DNA of 64,000 bases, taken from Octopus vulgaris. Its lineage: Eukaryota. Where the stretch lies: NCBI GenBank assembly GCA_951406725.2, contig OX597819.1:60512001-60576000 (forward strand), given 5' to 3'. The translations under genes and the position numbers were made by a program. The notes under the pieces are model-generated. The model made no database searches. It was given only the letters and a program-made list of their open reading frames with translations, and was not told the DNA's origin. Shown piece by piece: positions 1 to 12,077 of this stretch (its first letter is position 1; every line of letters starts with the position of its first letter).

Positions 1-227
1 TTATGTATAACTAATTAGACTAGACTGTTGATATTATTATTCGTTTGGCCAGAATGCAGTGATCGTAAGTACCAGTATTCAAATGAATTAGACTAAATAT
101 TAGGGGTTTTATAAACTGTGGTTCATTTGTCAGTCTACCCTGTGTGCTAAGAGTCTCTTTCCCTATTAAACTTACAAATGTTTTATCTTTATATTCCGTT
201 TATAATTGAAATGATTATATTTTTTAG

Positions 228-341
228 GCTGGAATGCAAGCTGTCCGTGAAAATCGCTATGTTGTGCTTGCCAAGGACTTTGAAAAAGGCTATAAAAATA
301 ATGTCAAGAAAGATGAGACTGAACATGAATTTTACAAATAA
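228..341 (+). CDS. PSMC4: Terminal coding exon of 26S proteasome regulatory ATPase subunit 6B (Rpt3); upstream exons lie outside the window
   Basis: Polypyrimidine tract + AG at 226-227, then [37 protein letters not shown], which closely matches the recalled vertebrate PSMC4 C-terminus (..[30 protein letters not shown]). This frame is not in the ORF track. Confidence 0.93.
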   Translation, partial: AGMQAVRENRYVVLAKDFEKGYKNNVKKDETEHEFYK

Positions 342-373
342 ATACCTCTTTTATAATGGATAATTTTCTTTTT

Positions 374-379
374 AATAAA
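374..379 (+). terminator. Polyadenylation signal of PSMC4
   Basis: AATAAA 33 nt after the stop, followed by T/GT-rich sequence at 390-445; a second AATAAA overlaps the stop (337-342). Confidence 0.6.
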
Positions 380-1164
380 TGTTTACCATCTTTTTTCTAT
401 TTTTGTGTTATTTTGTCACAAACATTTTTTTTTTTTTTTTTTTTAGTTTGGCCCTTTTGAAGTTATTTCTACCTTAGAGATTTTCTGATAAACAAAGTTA
501 TTTCTTTAAAATTTATTAAGCTTCCACTGTACAAAGAATTTGATAGCATGGCTATGTGGTTAAGAATTGCTTCCTAATCTCATGGTTTTGAGTTCAATTC
601 CATTGTGTGGTGCCTTGGGCATGTGTCTTCTACTATAGCTCCATGCTTGACCAAACCCTTGTGAGTGGATTTGGTAGACAAAAACTAAAAGATCTTTTGT
701 TTGTGTGTGTATGTGAGACCTTGTCTTGGCATTGTGTGATAGCTGTAAGCTTCAATGTCATACAAGTTGTGTCATTTACTTGCAGTGTTCTGTGCAAACA
801 TGATTAGCTAAGGGGAATGTAACAGGTGAGGGTTAGCAACAGGAAGGGCATTGATTGTCATGAATATGGATTTTGTTCAATCAATTTTCTCTACATTGAA
901 TATAATAAACATGAATATTAGCTAAATAAGAACCAAGAAAGAAAATACCTGGTGTACCTAGAGCTTATTTCTGATAGACTCATTTTCCTATTTTCTGTTT
1001 ATATCCTGTTTGTTAAATGTCTCTGTTTACAATTATATAGAAATACATGTTTTTATTATATCATTGTGTGAGTTATACAGCCCCTAGGTCAGCTCCAGTT
1101 GAGTTGATCATCGGCATACCTGCAATGCTCATACTGTCTTATTTCTAAGATTTATCTAGGGTAA

Positions 1165-1495
1165 AGGGTAAAGACCCCCTTCAGTCATGAATAGCTATGG
1201 GATTGCACCTAGAAAGTTCCCCTCCAAAGCACAAGTCTGGGCAAGGTTGTTTATAGAGGGCCAGCAGTCACCCTTGCCTACAAACCTCCCCTCTCCATGC
1301 TACCAATTTTATCCAAGGGCCAACACAGCTTGGCACCAATGACATCACAACTCATTTCTACAGCTGAGTGAACTGGCACAACGTGAAATAAAGTGTCTTG
1401 CTCTAGAACACAACAAACAGCCTGGTCCAGGAATTGAACTCAATACCTCATGATTGTGAGCCCAATGCTCTAACCACTGAACCATGCACCTCCAT
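1165..1495 (-). mobile_element. tRNA-derived SINE (family C), older copy
   Basis: Reverse strand has A box (GGTTCAGTGGTTAGAGC) and B box (GAGTTCAATTCC); homologous over its full length to 9670-10001. Confidence 0.75.
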
Positions 1496-1705
1496 GACGA
1501 TTTATCTAGAACTACATTATCCAATGTGACCATCTTTGATGAAACTAGGAGGACATTATTTGAAGAAGAGCAGTCTCCTATTTCTAGTAGATCGAACAAC
1601 CACTTAGAGATTTCCCTCAGTACCCTAGTTTGCAAGTCAGACTGGAAATGCTGTCATGCTTTGCAGACTAAATCATCATTATGATATCCACTTTTCCATG
1701 CTTCA

Positions 1706-2185
1706 GCATCATCATCATCATCGTCTAACGTCCGTTCTCCATGCTAGCATGGGTTGGACGGTTCGATCGGGTATCTGGGAAGCCAGAAGGCTGCACCAGG
1801 CTCCAGTCTTATCTGGCAGTGCTTCTACAGCTGGATGCCCTTCCTAACGCCAACCACTCCGTGAGTGTAGTGGGTGCTTTTTACGTGCCACCTGCACAGG
1901 TGCCAGGCGAGGCTGGCAACGGCCACGGTCGGATTGGTGCATTTTACGTGCCACCGGCACGGAAGCCAGTCGAGGCGGCACTGGCATCGGCCACGATTCA
2001 GATGGTGCTTTTTACGTGCCACCGGCACGGAAGCCAGTCGAGGCAGCGCTGGCATCGGCCACGATTCGGATAGTGGTTTTTATGTACCACCAGTCCAGGG
2101 GTCCTGGCAACTGCCGGATGCCAGTCATAGGATTGGTTCAATTTCGATTTCGATTTCACTTGCCCCAACAGGTCTTCGCAAGCAG
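1706..2185 (-). mobile_element. 3' end/UTR of an RTE-clade LINE with ~60-bp internal subrepeats and (GAT)n tail
   Basis: Same sequence family follows RTE ORF ends at 33410-33840 and 23615-24595; many further copies in the window. Confidence 0.75.
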
Positions 2186-2403
2186 AGAAGCTTGATTGGA
2201 TTAAAATTCATTCAGGTAGATTTTCTCTGATTGGGTTTGGAGTTATTGGCGCTGCAAAGAAGAGAGCCATAAATTCCATTACTGAAGCTGCAGAAGCCAC
2301 TAGGTGGCTATGGATAAAGAGGTTAGTCCAGTGGTTTGCTACTACTGGGATGCTAGCGGGAACTTGATGAACCCCTACTGGGTGAGCAGGTTAGAGGTCA
2401 CAA

Positions 2404-3085
2404 TCATCATCATCATTTAACACCTGCTTTCCATGCTGGCATGAGTTAGATGGTTTGGCTGGAACTGGTAAGCCGTAGAGCTACACCACGTTCCAGTCTG
2501 CATTTGGCTTGGCTTCTACTGCTAAAAGTGTAATGTCACCAGCACGTGCTGTAACATGTCATTGGCACCAGCCACAACTACAATTTCACTTGGCTTGATG
2601 AGTCTTCTCATGTACAGCAAATTAGCAAGTTACAATCACTTGCCATCCCATCCGTGAGGCCCCACATTTGGAGATCATGCTTCACCATCTCATACCATGT
2701 CTACCTCTTCTACAGGTTCCCTCCACAGTTAGAGATCAGCCCTTCTTTATGCAGCTGTCCTCATCCATACGCATCACAGGACCGTACCAACAGTCATCTC
2801 TCTTGCACACCACATCTGATGCCTCTTATGCCCAATTTTTCTCTCAAGACGCTTACTCTCTGTCATACGTGCACACTGACATTGCGCAGCATGGTATCGC
2901 GTCTTCTGCCAGCTTACGCTTCACTGCCATGTAGCATGGCTGTCCGCACACAGGCATCATACACTCTGCCTTTCACCCTGAGAGAGAGAGAGAGGCCCTT
3001 TCTAACCGACAAAGGTAGAAGCTCTCTGAACTTTGCCCTGCCTATTATTCTAGCAGCTACGCTCTCGGTATAACCCTACCTGCTG
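2404..3085 (-). mobile_element. RTE LINE relic (RT C-terminal part + 3' end)
   Basis: Minus strand reads ..RAKFRELLPL..LRVKGRVYDACVRTAMLHGSE.., an RTE-type post-RT motif, with stops and frameshifts. Confidence 0.8.
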
Positions 3086-3359
3086 ACGATAAAAAAAATA
3101 GCTTTGACAACTCAATTATAATTTCTCTTTGAAGCACAGTCATGGAAAATAACATTATCTCTATAACATGGAATAGAAATTTCTGTGTTATTTATTCATT
3201 TATAATCGATTTACGTCCACTTTTTTGTTTGCTAGGATGGACGTTTAGCAATTCCAATTCGTTTAGCTTCGAGTCAGGCCGAACTAGATTCAAGGGAGGT
3301 AATTTAAAATATACAGACGTATCTCTTTGTTATGTTCCTTCGTATAGTGTTGCTTATGC

Positions 3360-3421
<62 letters not shown>

Positions 3422-3431
3422 AATATATATA

Positions 3432-3941
3432 TCTATATATATAAAACTGTAGTTGTGTGAGTGTCTATCCCCTTCGATTTAGATTCCTAACTACTCCCAC
3501 ATTTTGCGGTGCAGTTTAACCAAATTCGGGTATCTTATAGTCGTGATTCATATCGAGCCCGTCTGAGTATTAGCGCGCGTCTACGATGAGTCTACGATTT
3601 TAAAAATAATTTAACATAATTTTTTATTCCATTTTAATGCATAATTTTTCGTGTGTCGATGGCGGCAGAGTTGGCGTCCATGGTCACACCTGCACCTGTG
3701 TTCTCCCCCTTCTTCCCTCCCTCGTGAAGCTGTGGGGAAGGGAGTGTAAGGAAATCAACGTCGTAAAGCGTTGTCAAGGAGACCAGCGTTCCTTTAGAAC
3801 AACGACTTCATGGCTTGAAGACACCAAAACAGAAATGGCTAAGAAAGCCCGAATTGGCATCTATAAGGGAAGTAACTCTCTAAAAATGCTTATATAGTTA
3901 TTTCCCTTACAAACCTGAGCAACGCCGGGCGATACTGCTAG
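3432..3941 (+). mobile_element. Non-autonomous Helitron, copy 1
   Basis: A|TC start, subterminal hairpin CCTGAGCAACGCCGGG, CTAG|T end; near-identical copy at 24876-25384. Confidence 0.85.
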
Positions 3942-4816
3942 TATATATATATATAGCGTGTAAAAACTGTCAGTTGAATATTGAGAATATGTTGTGTGTG
4001 TGTGTGTATGTGTGCTTTGATGTGTTACCGACTGAAACAGACAAATATAAAATTTGCTGTCAAATTTTTTTTTAATGTTTTTATCTTTTTCTGCCAGAAA
4101 GTAATGCAAATAAAAATTGCATTACTTTCTAACTCACCCCTATACTTACTAAATATTCTTGAGGTTACCTAAACTAAACCAGGCACTGTGCCTCAAGAGT
4201 AAACTTGAGAAAGCAGGAGACTTGTAGACTTAAACTGTAAATTCACTGGCAGAAGACAACAGGAGCCACTGCTGTATCGTCCCCAAGGAAATTAATGAAT
4301 CTTCAGAATTTGTCATAGAGGCCAATGATTGATATTTATAAGCATGGCACACACAGCTAGATGAAAGGGTTATGCCTGTGTGTTTTGCAAGCCCTCCAAG
4401 ACCAGGACAGTGAGGTTGATTCAGTTGATATTCTTTTTGAGTAACTATAGTTGACAACTGCAGGAAAAGCAAAGCAAAGGGAGAATTCCTGTGGAATAAC
4501 ACAAGAGAAAGGATTGGTGAAGTGGCTGAAAAAAGCAGCAAAAATGAATATGTGGTTAGCTTAGCTGCAGACAGCAACAAACTGAAGTTTGGTGCTCAAA
4601 ACATGCCTATTTTATAGACCTTGTTAGTAGAATATTCTGGAGGTTTCTAGGAAGATGCATCATGTGTAGTCTGGCTGATGATTGGTCCATTACTCAGTCA
4701 ATCATGTGAAAAAGATGTTACTAAACTGTAATTTTAACTTGGCAATTTGTAGATTCGGTTTTAAATCTTGCTAAATCTCAGAAAGAAAAAAAAGAAATAT
4801 GAGAGAAATACTCTGG

Positions 4817-4982
4817 TAGGCATGGCTGTGTGGTAAGAAGCTTGCTTCTCAACTACATGGTTCTGGGTTCAGTCCCACTATGTGGCACCTTGAGCAAGAG
4901 TCTTCTACAACAGCCTTGGTCCGACCAAAGCCATGTGAATGTAATTGATAAATGGAAACTAAAAACGCCCATCATACACACA

Positions 4983-5015
<33 letters not shown>

Positions 5016-5018
5016 CTT

Positions 5019-5066
<48 letters not shown>

Positions 5067-5235
5067 CATCTCAGTATGTGTCTTTATATCTGTGTTTGTT
5101 CCCCACTGCCAATTGACAACTGGTGTTGGTGTGTTTACAATCCCCATAACTTAGCAGTTCGGCAAAGAACTGATAGAATAAGTACTAAGCTTTAAAAAAA
5201 GGCCTGAGGTCGATTTGTTTGGCTGTAGTCAAATG
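4817..5235 (+). mobile_element. tRNA-derived SINE (family B: GGCTGTGTGGTAAG head, internal microsatellite, ..ACAAGTAAAAGA tail)
   Basis: A/B-box-like head (GGGTTCAGTCCC); homologous copies at 8502, 18815, 20465, 51291, 52308, 58311, 59790, 61983. Confidence 0.75.
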
Positions 5236-5340
5236 AATGAAACAGGTAAAAGATACAAGATAGATGCAGGAAACAAATCATTGAATACTGCCTATATAAA
5301 GTATTCGTATTTAATTCAATTTCTCACTAAACATGAATAA

Positions 5341-5746
5341 TATCCTTTTCTACTATAGGCACAAGACCCAAAATTATTGGGGAGGAGCCAGTCAATTAGA
5401 TCGACCCTAGGATGCAACTGGTACTTTATTTATCAACTTCAAGAGGATGAAAGGCAAAGTTGACCTCAGCAGAATGTGAACTCAAAAGCATTTCACCCGG
5501 CATGCTAACGTTTCTGCCAGCTTGCCGCTTTTGCGCTAAATACATACTTTTCTACTCTAGGCACAAGGCCTGAAATTTTTAGAGAGGGAACCAGTCAATT
5601 AGATCAAACCCAGGATGCAACTGATCCCGAAAGGATGAAAGGTAAAGTCGACCTCAGTGGAATTTGAACTCAAAATGTAAAGATAGATGAAATACCGCTA
5701 AGCATTTTGCCCAGCATGCTAACATTTCTGTCAGCTCGCCGCCTTA
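5341..5746 (-). mobile_element. Dimer of tRNA-derived SINE family A (GCCTTTCATCCTTTCGGGGTCGATAAA core, MESC/Meta-like)
   Basis: Two tandem copies flanked by one direct repeat AAACATGAATAA. Confidence 0.75.
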
Positions 5747-6574
5747 TTAAACATGAATAAAATCACGAGATTGAAGTTGGTCAACATGAGCATAATTATA
5801 TATATGGAGTGAACTTCATGCAAGCATAGCGTGGATTTGATCCTCAATAGCCAAATTTCAATTAACAGTTCAACAGTACTTTTCTCACAGTAAAGCAATG
5901 GTATTTCTGTGAGTGACAGCAGTTACATTTGCCAGATGCCTTCGCTAAGCCAGAATAATGTCTTCGCCTCTTGACACTTCTAACCTCTTCTAGGCCGCCA
6001 GGGGCTAGAATAGAGATGATAGACCTTGAACGAAATCTGTTGTTCTCAACAATATGTCTATCCTTCTGACTAGTTTTGGATAGTTTAAAAAACAAGAACT
6101 CCATAAGCCAAATATCAGTCATTGGCTCAGTTAATGAGAGTGACTGACAGAGAGGCAGCTGACTGGCTCAAGCGAAATGCTGTCTCAATTGAAGTAATTT
6201 CACAGAGTGACAACTATGGAATTAACCAATTCATTAGCTCAATATTTTTTTTCGGCAACATTACCATACTTCTCTCTATATACTACTATGAGATCGTGTA
6301 CACACATATATAGGCCAAAATTAACTCTTTTTACCTTGCATGCTTTACGAACTGTGTTATACTATTACACTAATCTACCCGTTGTGGTATGGTATATATT
6401 AAAGTAACAGTAAATAAATATTTCTTTACAACCTTGATCATTGTTCTTCTTCCATCTTGCATTCTGGCAACCAACACCTTAACAACAACTGCTACAAATT
6501 GGTGACCCTCGACTGCAAGGAACAACATAACCATTACATATATATCACTATAACTAAAGTTACAGGTGTCTAGC

Positions 6575-6920
6575 ACCATTTGAGCGTGATCATTACCAGT
6601 GTAACCTTACTGGCACATTGAAAAACATTTGAGTGAGGTTGTTGCCAGTGCTGCTGGACTGACTCCTGTGAAGGTGGCACGTAAAAAACACCATTTGAGT
6701 GCGGCCATTGCCAGTACCGCCTAACTGGCCCTCGTGCCGGTGGAACGTCAAAGTACCCACTACACTCTTGGAGTGGTTGGTGTTAGGAAGGGCATCAAGC
6801 CATAGAAACTCTGCCAGATCCGATTGGAGCCTGGTGCAGCCATCTTGTTCGCCAGTCCTCAGTCAAATCGTCCAACCCATGCCAACATGGAAAGCAGATG
6901 TTAAACGATGATGATGATGA
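6575..6920 (+). mobile_element. RTE 3'-end fragment
   Basis: Subrepeats, GGAAGGGCATC block and (GAT)n tail. Confidence 0.7.
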
Positions 6921-8034
6921 TTACTTGAAATTTGTTTGCCTTCTTCTCATCGGAAATGTAGAGTTGGAAGTGTTATGCTCAACTGTAGCTTTTATAAATT
7001 AAAACAAAACTTCATTGTAACTGGCAATGTCCAATATTCACATGGGTATTAGACTCCAAATTACAATAAAAGTTAGTGGAAATATTACAATGTATACTAT
7101 AATGACAAAATATTTAGTTGGTTGACAGAAAAAAATAATCTGTGAAGTCCAAATATGAAAAAATAGATTTACCATTAATACGTAAAAAAAAAAAATTGTC
7201 TTTGCAACAATGACTGATATTTACACTCAGTCAGTCATTGTGCTTGCCAGCAATGAAAGTTGATTGTTGAAGTCAGTAGCTAAAGTTGAGTGGCTTAAGT
7301 TCCTGCAGCAAGTTGACCAGCTGTGTCCCAACCATTGGTCATATACCTAAAGGCCATGGAAGAAAGGGTTCCAAAGACAAAATTGTTAATGACATTCCAA
7401 TATGTTGTTTACAACAGAGGTTCTAACAAGTTAAGCATCAGCTGGGTCTCTTGCAATTTTGCTGGTCTGCACAACTGTTGATAAAAACTTCTTAATGTTA
7501 GCTGTTGGGTGATATCATCAATCCCTGATGAAATCCTGTTTGGGTCTTTAAGCTTGCTTTCACATTCAGTCACAGTTATTCAGGTTCAATTCCTAAGCAG
7601 TTGCGTTTGTGTCTGGGACTCTGCTGGTATCTCTGCTATAATACCAATCAAAATAATATTATGTTAATAGGTCAATCACTCTTTAGAACTGAGTTAAAAA
7701 CTGTCTTGAGTAAACAAAATTCAGAGTAACTTGTGAATGTCTGCTTTGGCAAATAGTAAGCACAAAAAGTTCACAACATAGAATAAATTAGTTTACCGAG
7801 AGGAAGAGGAGAACCTGGTATTTTAGGTTGGACCCTTCATTGCTATTTGCGGTTAGGGTTAGAATTAGGGTTATACCATTTGATGTATAATTATTGGTTT
7901 TCATTTCAAATGTATGTTTTGCTTCCTTAGCCACATCAATTCTGACATAGCTTTGAATGGAGAAATAATAATATTTATATAATGCCATACATGCCAGACT
8001 CTTCAGCAGCACAGTCCAACTTGTGCTCTGATAC

Positions 8035-8420
8035 ACAAGAGACATATAGGCTACTATGAAGAAGACAGAATATCAATTGGCTACACTGCAAAGAGCCATG
8101 GAAAGATTCATGCTAGGAGTATCGTTAAGAGAGCATATTTGAGATGAGAAAATTCGAGAATTGAGTAGAGTGATTGACGTGATCACAGAGTACCAAAAGC
8201 ATAAGATCCGTTGTGTCGAACATGTTGCAAGGTTCACAAACAACAGCTGGATCCATGCAGTTGCTGAGTGGTATCCAAGAGATGGGAATAGGCTACTTGA
8301 AAGGCTTCCATGACGATGGGAAGATTATTTGGTCAAACAATTTGGGTTCAGGTGGAAAAGAATGACGCAAACAAGACAGAATTGGAAGTGCATTATGATC
8401 AGCGGTGTATAACAACATCT
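8035..8420 (+). mobile_element. RTE-clade LINE C-terminal relic (second family)
   Basis: Translates as ..LATLQRAMERFMLGVSLREHI*DEKIRELSRV..HVARFTNNSW..EWYPRDGNR..P*RWED, typical of RTE-1-like C-termini. Confidence 0.8.
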
Positions 8421-8837
8421 GATGGTGTGGTTAATATTGTGATACTGTAATAATGCTACAACTCTCCGTGTTTATGTTAATATCAACATATCAATATATT
8501 GCGTGGCACCTTGGGCACCTTACACTAAAGCCTCAGGCTGACCAAAGCCTTGTGAGTGGATTTGGTTGATAGAATCTGAAAGAAACCCATCGTACATATA
8601 TGTGTGTATGTATGTATTTGTGTGTCTGTGTTTGTCCTTCCACCATTGCTTGACAACCGATGGTGTGTTTATGTCCCTGTAACTTAGCTGTTCGGCAAAA
8701 GAGACCAATAGAATAAGTACCAGGCTTACAAAGAGTAAGTCCTGGGGTCAATTTATTCGACTAAAGGCAGTACTCCAGTATGGCCACAATCAAATGACTG
8801 AAACAAGTAAAAGAACAAAACAATATCAATTGATGAG

Positions 8838-9272
8838 AGCACCATTCAAGCGTGATCACTGCCAGAGAAGCTGACTAGCTTCTGTGCTGGTGGCACATAA
8901 AATGCACCATTTGAGCGTGATCATTACTAGCGTTGCCTTACTGGCCCTTGTGCCAATGACATGTGAAAAAAATTCAAGTGAGGTCGTTGCCAGGCCACTG
9001 GACTGGCTCCTGTGCAGGTGGCACATAAGAAACACTATTTGAGTATGGCCGTTGCCAGTACCACCTAACTGGCCCTCATGCCGGTGGCACGTAAAAGCAC
9101 CCACTACACTCTTGGAGTGGTTGGCATTAGGAAAGGCATCCAGCTGTGGAAACTCTGCCAGATCAGATTGGAGCTTGGTGCAGCCATCTGGTTCGCCAGT
9201 CCTCAGTCAAATCGTCCAACCCATGCTAGCATGGAAAGCGGACGTTAAACGATGATGATGATGATGATGATG
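8838..9272 (+). mobile_element. RTE 3'-end fragment
   Basis: Same family as 6575-6920. Confidence 0.7.
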
Positions 9273-9669
9273 AAAGTAGTTGTTCAGAGCAGTGTTTAGA
9301 TGGATGCTATAAAGTTTGGATTTTTTCGTGGGTTTAAGAGAAGAGACAGATGATAGTTGTGCAGAAGTACGGATTACATGGCATATGAAAACTGCAGTGT
9401 AGCTTTTTTCAAAGGTTCATAACTGATGTGATAAATTCTTTTCAATCATGACAAAAAAAATTTGGTGTAATCATGAGATCAAAATAATATGAGACCTACA
9501 AGAATATTTCAAGATCTGGCAGGTATAATTGAAGGCTCCTTAAATTTAAATGTTGAAATTAATTGCCAATATTCAAATCATTTTTTATGTTTTATGCAAA
9601 ATAGGTCCTATAAATCTATGCCAACATTTCTTTCTCGGCACTTGAAAAGATTCCTTTTTCCTCTAAAAA

Positions 9670-10001
9670 GTAAAGACCCCCTTCGGTCATGAATGACCAT
9701 GGGATTGCACCTAGAAAGTTACCCTCCTAGACACAAGTCCGGGCACGGTTGTTTATGGAAGACCGGCAGTCGCCCATGCATACCAGCCTCCCCTCTCCAC
9801 GCCACTAGTGTTATCCAAGGGAAAGACAAAGGTCGATACAGCTTGGCACCAGTGACGTCGCAACTCATTTCTACAGCTGAGTGAACTGGAGCAACGTGAA
9901 ATAAAGTGCCTTGTTCAAGAACACAACACGCAGCCCGGTCCGGGATTCGAGCTCACAACCTCACGATCGTAAGCTCGACGCTCTAACCACTGAGCCAACG
10001 C
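9670..10001 (-). mobile_element. tRNA-derived SINE (family C), young CpG-rich copy
   Basis: Minus-strand head GCGTTGGCTCAGTGGTTAGAGCG..GAGCTCGAATCCCG with A and B boxes. Confidence 0.8.
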
Positions 10002-10850
10002 GATAAATATAAGATTATATTTTCTTTCTTTACAGTTTCTTCCCGAAGTGCAATGACTCTAGCTTGTTAAATAAGAGCACAGAATTTGTTTTTGGCAGGG
10101 AAACTGCAATCATTTTAATAAATACTCAGTCAAAAACGCTTTGAAAATTTGTGAGGTAATACAAAGCTGTGCTTGACTGAACTCAGCGTACAATGTAACA
10201 TAAATAAATAAATAAATAAATAAACAGAAACTATGGAAACGGTTTCGAGGAGAACGCTGGAAATGGGACCATTTGTTTGTTCCTTTGTATTTCTTTTTCC
10301 TCGCACCAACCTTGTTTATTTAAAGGTTTTTAGTATCTGACCGTCTTCAATCATTCTTTTATGGAATTTGTAGCCAAGAATAAATTATTAGCAACAACAG
10401 CGGTGCTTTCGTTATAGTTTAGCCGTAGACCAATCCTGATCAAGAAGGCGTTTCAACCATAATCATCTACTCTTTTACTTTCCCGATATATATTATCTCA
10501 TGGCTTCTTAGGAACCCCAGTATTGACCTTTATGTATTTTCTTTTCTTAGGAACCCTAGCATTGGCCTTTATATATTTTCTTTTCTTTCCAAAGAACAAG
10601 TGTCAAAATGTAATTCTTCACTTTTTACGTCAAGACAGTAGGGTGAGACGTCAGGCAGATTTGACTATTATTTAGAGCATGTCAAGCAACAACTTCAAAA
10701 CCTTCTTCGTTGACGTTGGCAACAACAGTTATACTTGGAGACGAAGATATGACTGACATAACTAGGCTATATTTCGCAAATAATAATAGATATATAAAAT
10801 ATAATAGGAAAATAAACTGAAGCAATTAGTAGATGTTTTGGCATTAAGCT

Positions 10851-11495
10851 TTGAAAATTTCAATACAGTCGCAAAATAGATAAAACTTTTATTGACCTTA
10901 TTAGGTGGTGACATATTAGAAATATACTAAACTTTAAAAATATCTGTTCTTATATTTTCTGAAAATTTTAAGATCTAGTTGAACTACATTAATGTGGAAA
11001 ATAAAACGTACAAAATTCTTAAAAAATAAAAGAAAAAACGTAAGTTAGTGTTAACATATTTACTGCAAGACGCATTAAAAAGCTAAAAAAATATATTATT
11101 TATTCCCATTTATTTTTGTTAATGTTCTTGCAATTTGCTCATTGCTTTCTTCACGCGGTTCGGTATCTTAAATTGAAAATTTCAATACAGTCGCAAAATA
11201 GATAAAACTTTTATTGACCTTATTAGGTGGTGACATATTAGAAATATACTAAACTTTAAAAATATCTGTTCTTGTATTTTCTGAAAATTTTAAGATCTAG
11301 TTGAACTACATTAATGGGGAAAATAAAACGTACAAAATTCTTAAAAAATAAAAGAAAAAACGTAAGTTAGTGTTAACATATTTACTGCAAGACGCATTAA
11401 AAAGCTAAAAAAAGATATTATTTATTTCCATTTATTTTTGTTAATGTTCTTGCAATTTGCTCATTGCTTTCTTCACGCGGTTCGGTATCTTAAAT
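10851..11495. repeat. 322-bp direct tandem duplication upstream of ZC3H14
   Basis: TTGAAAATTTCAATACAGTCGC.. starts at 10851 and again at 11173; few substitutions or indels. Confidence 0.92.
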
Positions 11496-11693
11496 ATTTA
11501 ATTTCTGAGCAATAAACTTAATACACCTGTACATTCGGTTGAAGACCTTTGTGTATGAGTGGTCGAATCTCGTAATTCACATGAGGTTCGTTAGACTACA
11601 AAAACTGCTCTATTAGTAAGAAACCTGTACACTTTACCTTGTTAATATATCAGCTTATATTTCCTTTCTAAAAAGTTATCAAACCTATCCTAA

Positions 11694-11729
11694 ATGGAAA
11701 TAGGAAACGAGATAAGTCAAAAAATAAGG
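11694..11729 (+). CDS. ZC3H14: ZC3H14 coding exon 1 (MEIGNEISQKIR)
   Basis: ATG at 11694, donor GTATGA at 11730; near-identical to the human N-terminus MEIGTEISRKIR. Confidence 0.93.
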
Positions 11730-11879
11730 GTATGAGTAAAATATTTTTTAAACTAATTCTGTAAAATGTGATATTTTAACCCGATTTTTTTTTTAAAGCG
11801 TGGACACCGTAGTATTATTACTGATCGACGTAGATTCTACAGACTTAGGGTGATGATGATGAATGTAAAGAATCAATAT

Positions 11880-11910
<31 letters not shown>

Positions 11911-12040
11911 TTATAAAGTTAACAAAATTTATCAGATCTGGAATATTTTAATTATAAGATCTCTCAAAGGAATGTATTTACACACATATCCTCCCGATAA
12001 TAGATAACTTATAATGTAATGTTTGTATGTGTGTAATATG

Positions 12041-12077
<37 letters not shown>

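Noticed and set aside
178-363. ORF-track 61-aa ORF
   Set aside because: Wrong frame; the real exon is the overlapping PSMC4 frame 228-341.
3637-3897. ORF repeated at 25095-25340
   Set aside because: Lies inside the non-autonomous Helitron; no recognisable domain or splice context.
4230-4700. Possible Ty3/gypsy RNase H relic (..EFVIEAND..QLDERVMPVCFAS..)
   Set aside because: Only a faint motif resemblance with stops; no LTRs or other domains found, so it cannot be supported without a search.
5862-6122. 86-aa minus-strand ORF with Cys/His cluster
   Set aside because: No recognisable family or convincing exon structure.
9925-10001. tRNA-like sequences (also 18000, 48150, 60790)
   Set aside because: They continue into SINE bodies and lack a proper acceptor stem; SINE heads, not tRNA genes.
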